The translations under genes and the position numbers were made by a program. Below are positions 51,533 through 64,000 of a stretch of DNA of 64,000 bases, one piece after another (the stretch's first letter is position 1; the number at the start of each line of letters is the position of its first letter). Below the pieces are notes generated by a model. It was given only the letters and a program-made list of their open reading frames with translations. It was not told the DNA's origin and made no database searches. This DNA comes from Malacoraja senta (Eukaryota): NCBI GenBank assembly GCA_038087875.1, contig CM075987.1, positions 18,292,001-18,356,000 of the forward strand, given 5' to 3'.

Positions 51533-54112
51533 GACAAGTTATTGAACTGCCCAGTGTGGGCAGTGAGTAGCCCTTCACCCAAAATGACCCCACATCCTTT
51601 GACAGCTGGGGAATGCAGAGTTTTACCAGCTTAAAATTTCAATTGACTTCAAATTGATTTTAAATGTGCCTGACATTCAGCTGCATTAAACACAATTAAA
51701 CTTGAAGTACAAGAACAGTCCAGCACAGGAACAGTTCCTTTGCCCCACAACGGCCATGCTGAACGTGATGCCGTGAAATACTAATCTACTCTGCTTGCAC
51801 ATGATCCATATCCTTCCATTCCCAACATAATACCGTGCCTTTCTAAAAGCCTCTTAAACGCCGTTATTGTATCTGCCTCCACCACCACCACACCGATGTA
51901 AATGATTAAATATTTTAAGTCAAAGTAAATATATAAGTAAATAAATATATAAGTAAAATCACTTAAAAATACTAAACTGAAACAATAGAATTTTATGGAA
52001 GTAATGTACTGTTTCATGAACCCTGAAACTTTGCCCATAGTCCCTGGAAACCAATGGAGACATAGATTGTGCATCGGGTCTGACCCTGCACAGGATCTGT
52101 GCGTGGAACTCCTGGAACGCGGGGGTGTACAAGAAGGTCTGGGCCTTGCTATTTGGCATTTGGCATTTGGAACTTCAAATTGTTCAGTGGATCCCAGACG
52201 TCCGTGTTTTGCATCGTGTGCCGTTCCAGTTGAAGCCACCAGCAAATGTCTTTATGATTGAGACGTCCCATCCCTCCACAGATGCTGCCCGACCCGCTGA
52301 GTTCCTCCAGCACTTTATGATTTGGCCTTTATGGTTTTAATTTAGTTTAGTTTAGTGTCACATGTACCGAGATACAGTGAAAAGCTTTTTTGTTGCATGC
52401 TATCCAGTCAGTGGAAAGAATATACATGATTGCAATCAAGCCGTCCACAGTGAACAGATACAAGAAGAAGGATAAAACGTTTAGTGCAATGTAAGGTCTA
52501 GTAAGGTTCAATGAAAGGACCTTGCCTATTTCAAGTTTCCGATCTCTTCAGAGCAGTATTGTCTGCACAGCTCTCTGAGAACCTCTTGTGGCAGGGAGAT
52601 GGTAATACAACGTTAATGCCTAAGGTCTGAGAAAGCAGAATGGCAAAAATTTGACTGAAGAATCGGATACACCGCAGTTCCATGTGGTAACCTCATTGAT
52701 TTTGAAGCCATTTTAATTATATTTTTACAACTACATTTTATTGATGTGTGCTTTTACGGTTTGGATACGTAGAGAGAGAGGTGTATAAGGTCCAGAGGAA
52801 ATGAAGCCAATTTCAAGCATGGGTTTACGCTCAATACAAAAAGCACGATGCTGCCTCAGAGATAGCACAGAGATTAACTTGAGTAACAAGATCATCGTGA
52901 GCAATGCTTTTTTTTTGTACTGACATACTCTACAAGGTTAAATGCTAGATTTTCTTTTTTTTGCGTATAACTGTATATTACTTTAATGACGTTTAATTTT
53001 TAATGTGTTGATTTTATACCTTTATATATTGATGGAAAAGAAGTTAATGAATGTAGCTTCATTTTTAATTGATATGATCTTTTTGGCCACACCAAAGGCA
53101 CTGATCTGGAGTATTTAGTTGATCTCATTGGTACATTAGCAGTGATTACACTGAGCCCAGCTTTCAAGTTTCCATTTTAGCATTGCGTTGAGTCACAACC
53201 AATGAGATACATTTAAATAGTTCACACTGAATGCCAATATGAGGTGCAAAATCCTTCATATCATTTTATTTTGCTCTATTATGAACAAAGTGCAGCACAG
53301 GAACAAGCCCTTTGGCCCACGATGTCTGTGCCTAACCTGATGCCAGGATAAACCTATCTCCTGTCCCTGCACATGATCCATATACATAGAAAATAGGTGC
53401 AGGAGTAGGCCATTCGGCCCTTCGAGCCAGCACCGCCATTCAATGTGATCATGGCTGATCATCCACAATCAGTACCCCGTTCCTGCCTTCTTTCCATATC
53501 CCTTGATTCCGCTAGCCCTAAGAGCTCTATCTAACTCTTTTGAATGAATCCAATGAGTCGGCCTCCACTGCTTCTGAGGCAGAGAATTCCAGAAATTCAC
53601 AATTCTTGGTGAAAATGTTTTTCCTCATCTCGGTTCTAAATGGCCTACCTCTTATTCATATTAATATCCATATCCATGTACCCATCTAAAATCCTCTTAA
53701 ATACCACTATCACATCTGCCTCCACCACCACCCCTGACAAATTCCAGGCACCCACCATTCTCCGTGTGTAAAATAAAACCTGCACTACACATTGTGGGAC
53801 AACTGAGTTAGGCAGGGGTGGAAAAGCAAACAAACATAGTACCTGATATAAAAATAACTCCTCAGATTCTGCAAAGAGGTGCTTTGATCATCGCTGCAGT
53901 TGTTGGAATATAGAATGAAATACAAAGTGCTGGAAAACCTCAGTGGGTCAGGCAGCATCTCTGGAGGGAATGGAATGTACAGACTCCACAGATTCCCTCC
54001 GGAGATTCTGAGTTGCTCAAACACTTCATGTTTCACTTATTACTGGGGAGATTATTTTCATCATCGGTACATTGCTCTATATCTAACAGTGGGTGTTTTA
54101 TCCACTTTAAAG

Positions 54113-54221
54113 GATCATCAGACTATCTTGAGAGCGTGGGCTGTAAAGGACTTTGCCCCAAATTGCCCCCTCTACGTTCAGATACTGAAGCCAGAAAATA
54201 AGTTTCATGTCAAGTTTGCAG
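54113..54221 (+). CDS. kcnt1: kcnt1 exon: [36 protein letters not shown]
   Basis: ctttaaag|GAT ... G|gtgagt; 109 nt. Confidence 0.96.
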
Positions 54222-54679
54222 GTGAGTTGAATTTTTATTTTCTGCACTTTCCCAAGTTTCAAATTGGCTCAGAATACTCGATGTAATTCATTGCTGCTTG
54301 GTGTAACATATCCCTCCACGGCACTTGACTTTTTACAAAGTTTATAACCCAAGAAATACGAAGTTACTGAAAATATATTATTAATGCAAACTGTATGATT
54401 ATGATGTATGCTTTTCACACTGCAAAGCTTACTGGCTTTGAGGTATTCCTATTGAATGAGACCAACTGCAATTCCTCCATCTAAAGTCATTGTTGACTGT
54501 GGAGGGGCTGTTTGTTGTTCCTCCACTGTGTTATAAAGCATGCAATCAACTCAGGCACCATGTGTTAGATATCCCGCCCTCCCCTTATTTTCGTTCAGGG
54601 ATCTTTGGTTTTGCCTAGCATCTAACAAAAGGGAAGGTGCTCATCTAAGATGTAGAACTCTGATTCTGGGTTTTCATTT

Positions 54680-55262
54680 TGAGAGGACTAGAATATAAAA
54701 AACAATGATGTAATGCTGAGACTTTATAAGGCACTGGTCAGATCACATTTGGAATATTGTGGTTGGGCCCCATATCTAAGGAAGGATGTGCTGGCGTTGC
54801 AGAGGGTCCAAAGGAGGTTTACGAGGGGATTTTTGTGTGAACATATGAGAAATGTTTGATGGCTCTGGGCCTGTATTCACTGCAGTTTAGAAGGATGAGG
54901 AGCGATCTCATTGAAACCTACCAAACATTGAACAGCTTAGAGTGGATGTGGAGAGGATATTTCCAATATTGGGAGCGTATAGGACCTGAGGGCACAGCCT
55001 TAGAATAAAAGGACGTACCTTTAGAATGGAGTTAAGGAGGAATTTCTCTAGCTAGATGGTGGTGAATCTGCAGAATTCATTGCCTCAGATGGTGGTGGAG
55101 GCTAAGATATTGAGTATTTTTAAAACGGAGATTGATAGGTTCTTGAGAAGTAAGGGTGCAAACGTTACAGGAAGAAGGCAGGAGAATGGTGTTGGGAGGG
55201 GAAAATAGATCAGCCATGAAGGGCTCGAAGGGCAAATTACCTAATTCTGCTCCTATGTCTTA
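54680..55262 (+). mobile_element. CR1 3' fragment
   Basis: LYKALVRSHLEYC..WAPYLRKDVLAL.RVQRRFT remnant plus 3' UTR. Confidence 0.8.
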
Positions 55263-55650
55263 CAAACTTTTTTGTTGGCAGTGTGGGTATGCACTGCTTA
55301 TTTCATTCATACTGTTGCAACCCTACAGCTTGGAGAGTTACCAACTTGCCAAGCATATCAGAAATATTTCCTCGGATTGACATTTGTAATGAAACTAACA
55401 TCAGAAACAACTAATATTTAAGTTTCTCAAAATCTGAAACACAAATTGAAAATGCTAGAACTACTCAACAGGTCAGGTATCAGGAGACCATTTCTGGTGA
55501 AATGTCGTCAAAATGAAATTTTAACTGTTCCCTTAGATACTGCCTGATCTGCTGAATGCTTCCAGGGTTTTCAATTTAAATCGAATGACATATCCATTTC
55601 AATTATTTTGCAGCATTCGATTTCCTGGCATTAAAATACAAACTCTATAA

Positions 55651-55809
<159 letters not shown>

Positions 55810-56151
55810 TAAGTCACATGTTTGCATGTCTTCCATTACGAGGGTATAAATTTATCAGGAGAATATGCTTTAAATGATGTCGACTGAGTTGCACACGGAT
55901 TTATTTTGAATTACTGGTTGAATACATTGGTTGACTCAGATCCAAGTTCAACACAAGGAACAGACCCTCTGGCCTACAATGTTTGTGCCAAGTACAATGC
56001 CAAAATAAACTATTCTCACTTGAAGTTCTACATGAACCCTTTTTACTGATTTGTTAACTCTGCCCATTAGAATTTGATCCATGTACTTTGTACATATCTT
56101 TGAATCAAGATTTACTATTTTAAACCGGTTTTACCTTGATGGTGCTCTCCA

Positions 56152-56728
56152 TCATAAGGTCATAAGAGATGGTTTAGAATTAGACCATTTGACCTATCAA
56201 GTCTATTCCGCCATTCAATCATGGCTAATCTCTCCCTCTCCTAACCCCATTCTCTCCCCATAACCACTGACACCCGTACTAATCAAGAATATCTATCTCT
56301 GCATTAAAAATATCCATTGACACAGCCTCCAAAGCCTTCTGTGGCAAAGAATTTCACAGATTCACCATCCTCTGACTAAAGAAATTCGTCTTCATCTCCT
56401 TCCTAAAGGAACGTCCTTTAATTCTGAGGCTATGACCTCTAGTCCTAGACTCTCCCACTAGTGGAAACATCCTCTACTAGTGGATACATCGACTCTATCC
56501 AAGCCTTTCACTATTCGGTAAGTTTCAATGAGGTCCCCCCTCATTTGTCTAAGCTCCAGCGAGTACAGGCCCAGTGCCATCAAATGCTCATCATGTGCTA
56601 ACCCATTCATTGCTGGGATCATTCTTGTAAACCACCTCTGGACCCTCTCCAGAGCCAGCACATCCTTCCTCAGATATGGTGCCCAAAATTACTCACAATA
56701 CTCCAAATGCGGCCTGCACAGCGTCTAA
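56152..56728 (-). mobile_element. CR1 3' fragment
   Basis: LALERVQRWFTRMIP..LGLYSLE..RGDLIETY. Confidence 0.85.
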
Positions 56729-57950
56729 TACCCATGGTCATTGTAACTTAGCACCATCTGTGCAACTTAAATCAGTTTTTTTTAATGTATTAATGAAAAA
56801 GCATGGTAAGTTGTGGAATTAAATGTAAAAATTTTAATGTAAAAATTTCAATGTGGAAGGGAGTTAATTTAAATTGGTATTTTTTGATACATTGTTAGAG
56901 CTTATGTAAAAGCATGACAATTGTGGAATTTAATGTAAAAAATTCAATGTAGACAGGAGTGGTCATTTTTAAAAGTGAATCATTTTTAGGTGCAACATCT
57001 CACTGGCTTTTTTCATTCTATATGACTGGAATAAAAAATCAGACATTGAAAGAAAATCTCCCAACTTGTTTTGAGACACAAGAAAACAAACAAACTGTGG
57101 TAGTATTTCAATGAACGAACCCTGGGATGAACTAACAATACAATCCACCAGTTAACTATTGTGTTGTGAATTAAAATCAGTTTGTTATCGCAGTGACCAC
57201 TAAGATAAATTATGAAATACTTATATCATCAGCCTGTCTAAAATAAGCTTAGGATGACAGGAAAATTGAAATTGGCTTGGTGTTTTTGAACTTGCAACTT
57301 GAGGCAGTGATTTCTCAACATGTCCCCAACAAGAATTGCTCCCTTCCAAGAGTACGCCTGTGACATTGTATTGCTTATTTGCTTTAATCAGTAGCGCCCT
57401 TGTATAACATGGTGGAAACCAGTAACACTGCATAAGGGGAATCAGCACAAGTCTATATGTCAGTGCGTTGTTCACAAAAACTAATCCATGATGACGTTGC
57501 AAGTTTGTACATCATGGGAAACTGAAATGTTATTTGCCATTTTTATATAGCAGATACAGCAAAGAAAATTGCAGCATAGGAGATTTTTGTTCATTGATGT
57601 GTACAAATGTATTTATAATTGAATCCTTGAAACATGGCCTCTGGATAAATGAGCTTCTCGGACCCTGTTCCTTTCCCATCAATTCATTCCTTGCAACACT
57701 GAGCAAAGAACACACAAGTTGCTGAATATGCTTTGCATTGCCAGATGCCACCAGATAGTGGGTGGTGACGCGGGATCGCAGAGAAATACTCATGATAATC
57801 TTGAATTCTCCTACCGTTGGGGAGTGGAAATCGCTAAACAGTGTTCTTGACCTTGGGTTTCACCTTGTTCGGTTTGCATAGATCTCATGAGGCTTCTGTG
57901 CTTCGTGAAGAATTTTAAACTAATAAAATAATGCATCTCCATGGTTACAG

Positions 57951-58100
57951 GGAAGGACAACAGTCCCCAGAACAGTGGCAGAGGATGTATGGTCGGTGCT
58001 CGGGGAATGAGGTCTATCATATTAAACTCACCGACAGCAAGTTCTTTGGAGAATATGAAGGGAAGAGTTTCACCTACGCTTCATTCCATGCCCACAAAAA
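57951..58100 (+). CDS. kcnt1: kcnt1 exon: [50 protein letters not shown]
   Basis: ggttacag|G ... AA|gtaagt; 150 nt. Confidence 0.96.
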
Positions 58101-58146
58101 GTAAGTGGTGTGCGTGTTCACGTTAATAGTCCTGTTCACAATGCAG

Positions 58147-58433
58147 CCTAGTGGCACAGCTCATAGAGCAGCGCCAGAGACCCGGCGGCGCTGTCTGTGT
58201 GGAGTTTGCACGTTCTCCCTTTGACCGCAGTGGATTCCTCCAGGTGCTCCGGTTTCCTCTCACATTCCAAAGATGTTGAGGTTTGTGTGTTAATTGGGTT
58301 TTAAATTGCCCCCAGAGTGTACATAGTGTCTGCGAAGGTGGGTAACTGAACGAGTATGGATGAGTGATTGATGGTCGGCATAGACTTGGTGGCACATAGG
58401 GCCTGTTTCCATTTTGTATCTTTCAATCAATCA
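58147..58433 (+). mobile_element. HE1-like V-SINE
   Basis: Homologous to 1121-1454 in opposite orientation; (tcaa)n tail. Confidence 0.65.
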
Positions 58434-58770
58434 TTTTTTGGGACTTTGGTTTTGCACTATTATGGTCACCTATATCATGGTCATTCATTTATTATATTAA
58501 TTGTTATATATTTATCTGTTATTTTTGATTGATTAAAAGATGCAGCATGGAAGGCTTTCGGACCACTGAGTCCATGCTGACCATCGCTCATTTGTTCACA
58601 GTAGTACCATGTTATCCCACTTTCACATCCACTCCTTATGTGTACAACTCCTCCCCCTTCTACTGTACAACTCCTTCCGCTTCTGTCGTGGGGTGGACTG
58701 ACTCCCCTCCCCAATCTTTGCACATCCCCAATCCTGGACTTTCCACTCATCACTTTAATTTCATGTATCT

Positions 58771-59355
58771 TTAGTTTAGTTTAGAGATACAGCGCGGAAA
58801 CAGGCCCTTCAGCCCACCGAGTCCGCACCGACCAGCGATCCCCGCACATTGACACTATCCTACACGCACTAGGGACAATTTAAACATGACCAAGTTTGAC
58901 TGCCTGACCGCGGGAGAAGAAGCAACGCTTTTTTTACCTTCCATCACAGTGAGGAGGTGCCTGGAGGAGAGTCACTGTGATGGATATTTATGTTCAATTT
59001 ATGTAATTGTGCGTTTTGTTTGATTTTGATTGTTATGACTATATGGCAACGACATCTCGTTCAAATTTATTTTTGAATGACAAATAAATGCAATCAATCA
59101 ATCTATCAATGAATCCACATACCTGTACGTCTTTGGAGTGTGAGAGGAAACCGAAGATCTTGGCGAAAACCCACGCGGTCACGGGGAGAACGTACAAACT
59201 CCGTGCAGACAGCACCCGTAGTCGGGATATCTTGTTGTGTTCTGTGATTGTTGGCAGACCAAATTCCCTCCTGGGATAAATAACGTTCTATCGTATTGTT
59301 ATACATTTGGGACAATTTACAGAGGCCAAATAGCCCACAAACCCGCATGTCTTTA
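58771..59355 (-). mobile_element. HE1-like V-SINE with nested inserts
   Basis: Close match to 1140-1385; interrupted at about 58895-59110 by a + strand element with a (caat)n tail. Confidence 0.65.
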
Positions 59356-60014
59356 GGAAGCTTGCTACTTTTCTATCACCTTTATACGACTCCTCTTTGG
59401 ATCGACAGCTATCCTTTTGTCAAGTTGCTTTATTCCCTCTGACTTTTTGCATTGGAGAGAAATGTATATTTGTTGCATTTTCTGTAATCTTTCCTTCTAT
59501 GTTACCCATTACTTTTCCATTGTAATGCTGTTCAATGGAACTCCACTGAATTCTTCACCACGAGGAGATATAACGGCCACGTTGCTGAATATATTTAAGA
59601 AGCCAGATGGGCACTAGAAGCTTTAAACCTAGGGTATATTTCTGATTTTCCAACCTATGTCATTGCAGACATTGTTTTCTGGAACTGTTATGCTACAATG
59701 CAGAAAAACTATATTCTACACACTGCTATTTTTCTCTTCACTTTATCTATTGTACTTGTGTATGGCTTGATGGATAGCATTATCTGATTTGATTAGATGA
59801 CTCGCAAACAATAGCATTTCACTGTATCCTGGTACACATGACAGCAATAAACCGACAGCAATGCCACTGTAAAATATGCTTGCCTTGCTTCCAGTTCTGA
59901 TGGAAGTGTCTGACCCAAAATGCCACTGTGTTTCTTTGCTCACTGATGCTGTCTGACCTACTGAATGCCTCGAGCATTTTCTGCCTCTGCTCTCCATGCC
60001 AAATTAATTCTTGC

Positions 60015-60780
60015 ATTTGATGGCTATATTCGCTGGAGTTTAGAGGAATGAGGGGGTAACCTCATTGAAACATACAAAATAGTGAAAGGCTTGGATAGAG
60101 TGGATGTGGAGAGGATGTTTCCACTAGTGGGAGAGTCTAGGACTAGAGGTCATAGCCTCAGAATTAAAGGACGTTCTTTTCGGAAGGAGATGAGGAGGAA
60201 TTTCTGTAGTTAGAGGGTGGTGAATGCAATGTTGGGGGAGTCCAGAACCAGGGGCCACAGTTTAAGAAGAAGGGGTAAGCCATTTAGAACGGAGATGAGG
60301 GAACACTTTTTCACACAGAGGGCTGTGAGTCTGTGGAATTCTCTGCTTCAGAGGGCGGTGGAGGCCGGTTCTCTGGATACTTTCAAGGGAGAGCTAGATA
60401 GGGTTCTTAAAGATAGCAGAGTCGGGGGTTATGGGGAGAAGGCAGGAACGGGGTACTGATTGGGGATGATCACCCATGATCACATTGAATGGCGGTGCTG
60501 GCTCGAAGGGCCGAATGGCCTACTCCTGCACCTATTGTCTATTGAATCTGGAATTCTTTGCCACAGAAGGCTGTGGAGGCAAAGTCAGTGGATATACAGT
60601 ATTTAAGGCAGAGATAGATTCTTGTGTACTACAAGATTCTTAGTACGTGTGTCAGAGGTTATGGGGAGAAGGCAGGAGAATGGGGTTTGGAGGGAGAGAT
60701 AAATCAGCCATGATTGAATGGCGGAGTAGACTTAATGGGCTGAATGGCCTAATTCTGCTCCTATCTCTAATGATCTTATG
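60015..60780 (+). mobile_element. CR1 3' fragment with a younger CR1 3' end nested at about 60229-60542
   Basis: TRGHSLRI/TRGHSLRR motifs occur twice; the host resumes after the inner tail. Confidence 0.8.
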
Positions 60781-61784
60781 AGCAGTGATGAACAATGCAG
60801 CGCCAGATTTGAGCTTCTCTGCAAGTTCAGGGCAAGAAACTGCAGATGCTGGGATCTTGATCAAAACACAGTGTTGGAGGAATTAAGCGGGTCAGGAAGC
60901 ATCTGTGGCGAGAATGGACAGGCGACATTTCGGATCGAGACCCTTCTTCAGAATCTCTGTTTGACTTTTAGATAACTTGTACCTGTGTACTGTATTACGG
61001 TGAATATTGCTGATGTTTTTATGTATTTAAACACTCATTTGGATTCCGCAATGCGGTATCCAAATTCTAATGTATTTAAATAGAACATTGATGGCAAAAT
61101 GCGTCTTCAGGCAGTGTCTGTTTCCAGTACAGGTCTACTGATAGACCTGTCCTCTTAATCGGAAGAATTTCCGAAACTGTTCAAGCATTTGCAGGATCTT
61201 ATCATCAGCATTACAGATGCTGCAGACACTGCACATGGGCATCTTTCTGTATTACCCTTCATGCCTTATTCCGCCTGCTTCAAGCTCCTTTCAGTTAGCA
61301 GAGGCATTGTTCTGGACCCCAGCACGTACAGTGATGAAAATAACAATGAGAGTGAGAAAGAAGGATATGAGAAGACAGATGAAGAGTAACGATAATGGTT
61401 TTACAGTGGTGATTTCATTTTTGGATATGTAAATCATGCAAATATGCATGGCAGCTCACCAAGGCAATGTCATTTCCCTGGAACATCGATGGGATGAATA
61501 GTGAATTGTCTTTTAATATCGTCGCTAAGAATTGTGACCAATATTCTGTGCCTTTCGGAGGTATATGTTGAAGGCATAAATCCTGGAGCGTAGAAAATGC
61601 AAATCTTTTTCAAATTGGATCATGATTAGTGGTTTTGGATGAAAAGACATCCCTCGTTGGGATGTGGATGCCAGCTGAGCCACGCTGCATATTAATGGAA
61701 AATGTACTCATCTTTAAGCTTTGATATAATGCTCTGCTATTGTCCTGTGAGGAGTAAACTTTATGAGCACAATACATTTCTGCT

Positions 61785-61979
61785 GGTAGACAAAAATGCT
61801 GGAGAGACTCAGCGGGTGAGGCAGCATCTGTGGAGTGAAGGAAACTGGCAACGTTTTGGGTCGAAACCCTTCTTCAGAGGGTTGCCTATTTAGTTCGCTC
61901 CATAGATGCTGCCTCACCCGCTGAGTTTCTCCAGCATTTATGTCTACCTTCGATTTTCCAGCAACTGCAGTTCCTTCTT
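61785..61979. mobile_element. Palindromic Penelope pLTR mini-element
   Basis: Inverted pLTR arms; 13-bp TSD atacatttctgct (61772-61784, 61980-61992). Confidence 0.85.
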
Positions 61980-62184
61980 ATACATTTCTGCTATTGAGTT
62001 GCAATTATAAATACACTTCAAAAGAGTCAGTAGTGAATGAAAATCAATCAAATTCAGCATTTGAGTGAATGTATGTCATCAAAACTATTTTGGTAGATTT
62101 TTATCACCGTAATGTTCATCTATCTTATTTTAGATCATGAAATGAACATCCAATATGAATTTAAATTATTGTAAGAATTTGTTT

Positions 62185-62501
62185 GGGTGGCGCAACTGGT
62201 AGAGTTGTTGCCTCACAGCACCAGAGACCAAGGTTCCTTCCTGACCCCGGGTGTTGTCTGTGTGGAGTTCACAAGTTCTCCCCGTGACTGCATGGATTTC
62301 ATCTGGGTACTCCAGTTTCCACCCACATCCCAAAGACACGCGGCTTTGCAGACTAATTAGCCGTGGTAAGTTGTCCCTAGTGTGGAGGGAACGGATGCGA
62401 AAGTGGGATAACATAGAACGAGTGTGAACGGATGATCGATGGTTGGCGTGGACTTGTTGGGATGAAGGACCTTTTTTTCCATGTTTTATCCCTAAACTAA
62501 A
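62185..62501 (+). mobile_element. HE1-like V-SINE
   Basis: tRNA head ggtggcgcaactggtagag; (ctaaa)n tail. Confidence 0.75.
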
Positions 62502-62694
62502 CCATATGGAAATGAATTTGTGGGTTACCCAGATAGAATAAAAGGCTAACATAGTAAGTAGCTGTCTTCCTTGCTTTCTAAATCAGTCTGAAGAAGGGTC
62601 CCTTCACGATGTCAACTATCCATGTTCTCCAGAAATGCTGCCTGACTCACTGAGTTCCTCCAGCACATTTTACCTTTTCCATTTTTTTCTGCAG

Positions 62695-62933
62695 GTATGG
62701 TGTCTGCCTGATAGGTGCAAAGAAAGAGGACAACAAGAGCATCTTGCTCAACCCTGGACCTCGGTACATCATGGCCAGTTCAGACATCTGCTTCTACATC
62801 AATATCACAAAAGAAGAAAACTCTGCATTCATTTTCAAAGAGGAAGAGAAACAAAAGCGACAATGCCTGACTTCAGGGGGCATCTTCAGTGGACCTTCCA
62901 GGCTACCTGTCCACAGCATCATTGCCAGTATGG
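62695..62933 (+). CDS. kcnt1: kcnt1 exon: [80 protein letters not shown]
   Basis: tttttctgcag|G ... ATG G|gtgagt; 239 nt. Confidence 0.96.
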
Positions 62934-63770
62934 GTGAGTGAAATAACTTAAATACATACACTCAATCTCAGCATTATTTTCTACCTTGAAAATCCTTATG
63001 TCTGTGTCAAGGCCCATAAAGAAGGATTTCATAAGGACTGGACGCATGAGAGAGAATAAAAAGTAGACCAAGATGTTATGGCTGAGTGGTGTGAAGTGTG
63101 TGGAGTTTTATATGTAAAAGCATATATAGATCTGATGAAAGCTCCCGACCAAAACATCGCCTGTCCATTCGCCCCAAAGATGCTACCTGATCCACTGTTC
63201 TTCCAGCATTTTGATTTTTCTCTCAAGATTCTAGCACCTGGAGTTTGTAATTAACAAACATCTCATTTGGTTCTTTGGGGTTTGACTTTGGATGTGAGCA
63301 GAACAAACATGGCCACTTCCAATTGCCTATCATTTTAATTGCTTCCATGTACTGCATTGTCACAATGAATGCAAATACTGAATGTTGAAGAGTCATTTTC
63401 TCCAGATACCATTAACAATATGGGCAGCCATTAAAACAAATTATAAAAGATCTATAGAGACAAAAGATTGACGCTGGAATAAGGAGAAAAAATAAAAATG
63501 TGTGGGAGAATCTCAGTGGGCCAGAGAGCATCTATGGAGGCAAACAACCAAATTATTTTGACTCCTAATTATTTGCTAACATCTTGATAAATGGAGGTTG
63601 ACAAAATACTCTATAGTGTGTTGGTTCCTTCCATGGAAAAATAATCAGTAAACGTGAATCATTTGCTCATGCCCCCAAGCCCCATAGGGTTGTTCTGAAG
63701 CTCAGGGAGCCCATGCCCTGTTTAAATTACTTTCCCTGTTTCCACCCTGGCCTATCCCAGCATACCCCAG

Positions 63771-63804
63771 AGTCTGAAGAAGGGTCCCAACCTGAAACGT
63801 TGCC
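63771..63804 (+). ncRNA. Minimal type I hammerhead motif of a Penelope pLTR (best-preserved core in window)
   Basis: CUGAAGA-A-GGGU(CCCA)ACCU-GAAA-CG-UU; stem I only about 2 bp, so activity is doubtful. Confidence 0.55.
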
Positions 63805-64000
63805 TGTCCATTCCCTTCAAAGATGCTGCCTGACCCACTGAGTTCCTCCAGCAACTTTGTGTTTTGCTCAAGATTCCATCATCTGCAGTTCCCCGTGTCC
63901 CCAGCATAAACCCTTCTTGATTTCCACTTCGCATTTTTCCATTCTCTTGCCTTGAAATTTGACTAATTTGTTCCTTCCCAATTTAACAGTGCAGAACGTT

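Noticed and set aside
54083..54112. Upstream CAG as an alternative acceptor
   Set aside because: It would add 23 nt and shift the frame; ctaac is more simply the branch point.
56786..56960. Diverged ~112-bp direct repeat; also short tandem duplications at 12661-12741 and 47192-47250
   Set aside because: Ordinary local slippage or insertion-edge duplications with no regular spacer structure; not CRISPR-like.

Overview
Eukaryotic, intron-rich genomic DNA. The repeat content points to a cartilaginous fish, probably a skate or ray (inference). The + strand carries 15 consecutive internal coding exons (2150-62933; 1677 nt, 559 codons, open frame, all GT-AG) of the sodium-activated potassium channel gene kcnt1 (Slack/Slo2.2), covering S1-S6, the TVGFG pore and RCK1. 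Both gene ends lie outside the window. The introns hold CR1 LINE fragments, HE1-like tRNA/V-SINEs, Penelope-like (Neptune-type GIY-YIG) pieces, Rex1 and RTE fragments, and TIR MITEs. Most notable: (1) a 138-bp TSD-flanked retro-insertion whose 5' end is a perfectly paired 54-nt minimal HDV-like ribozyme (15411-15464, minus strand); (2) about 19 Penelope-type minimal hammerhead motifs, some inside three TSD-flanked palindromic mini-elements; (3) a 2.9-kb tandem duplication with a fold-back templated junction; (4) a duplicated non-coding block with tandem forkhead motifs upstream of the pore exon. Nearly all ORFs in the supplied track are spurious or repeat-derived. All analysis was by eye; no searches were run.
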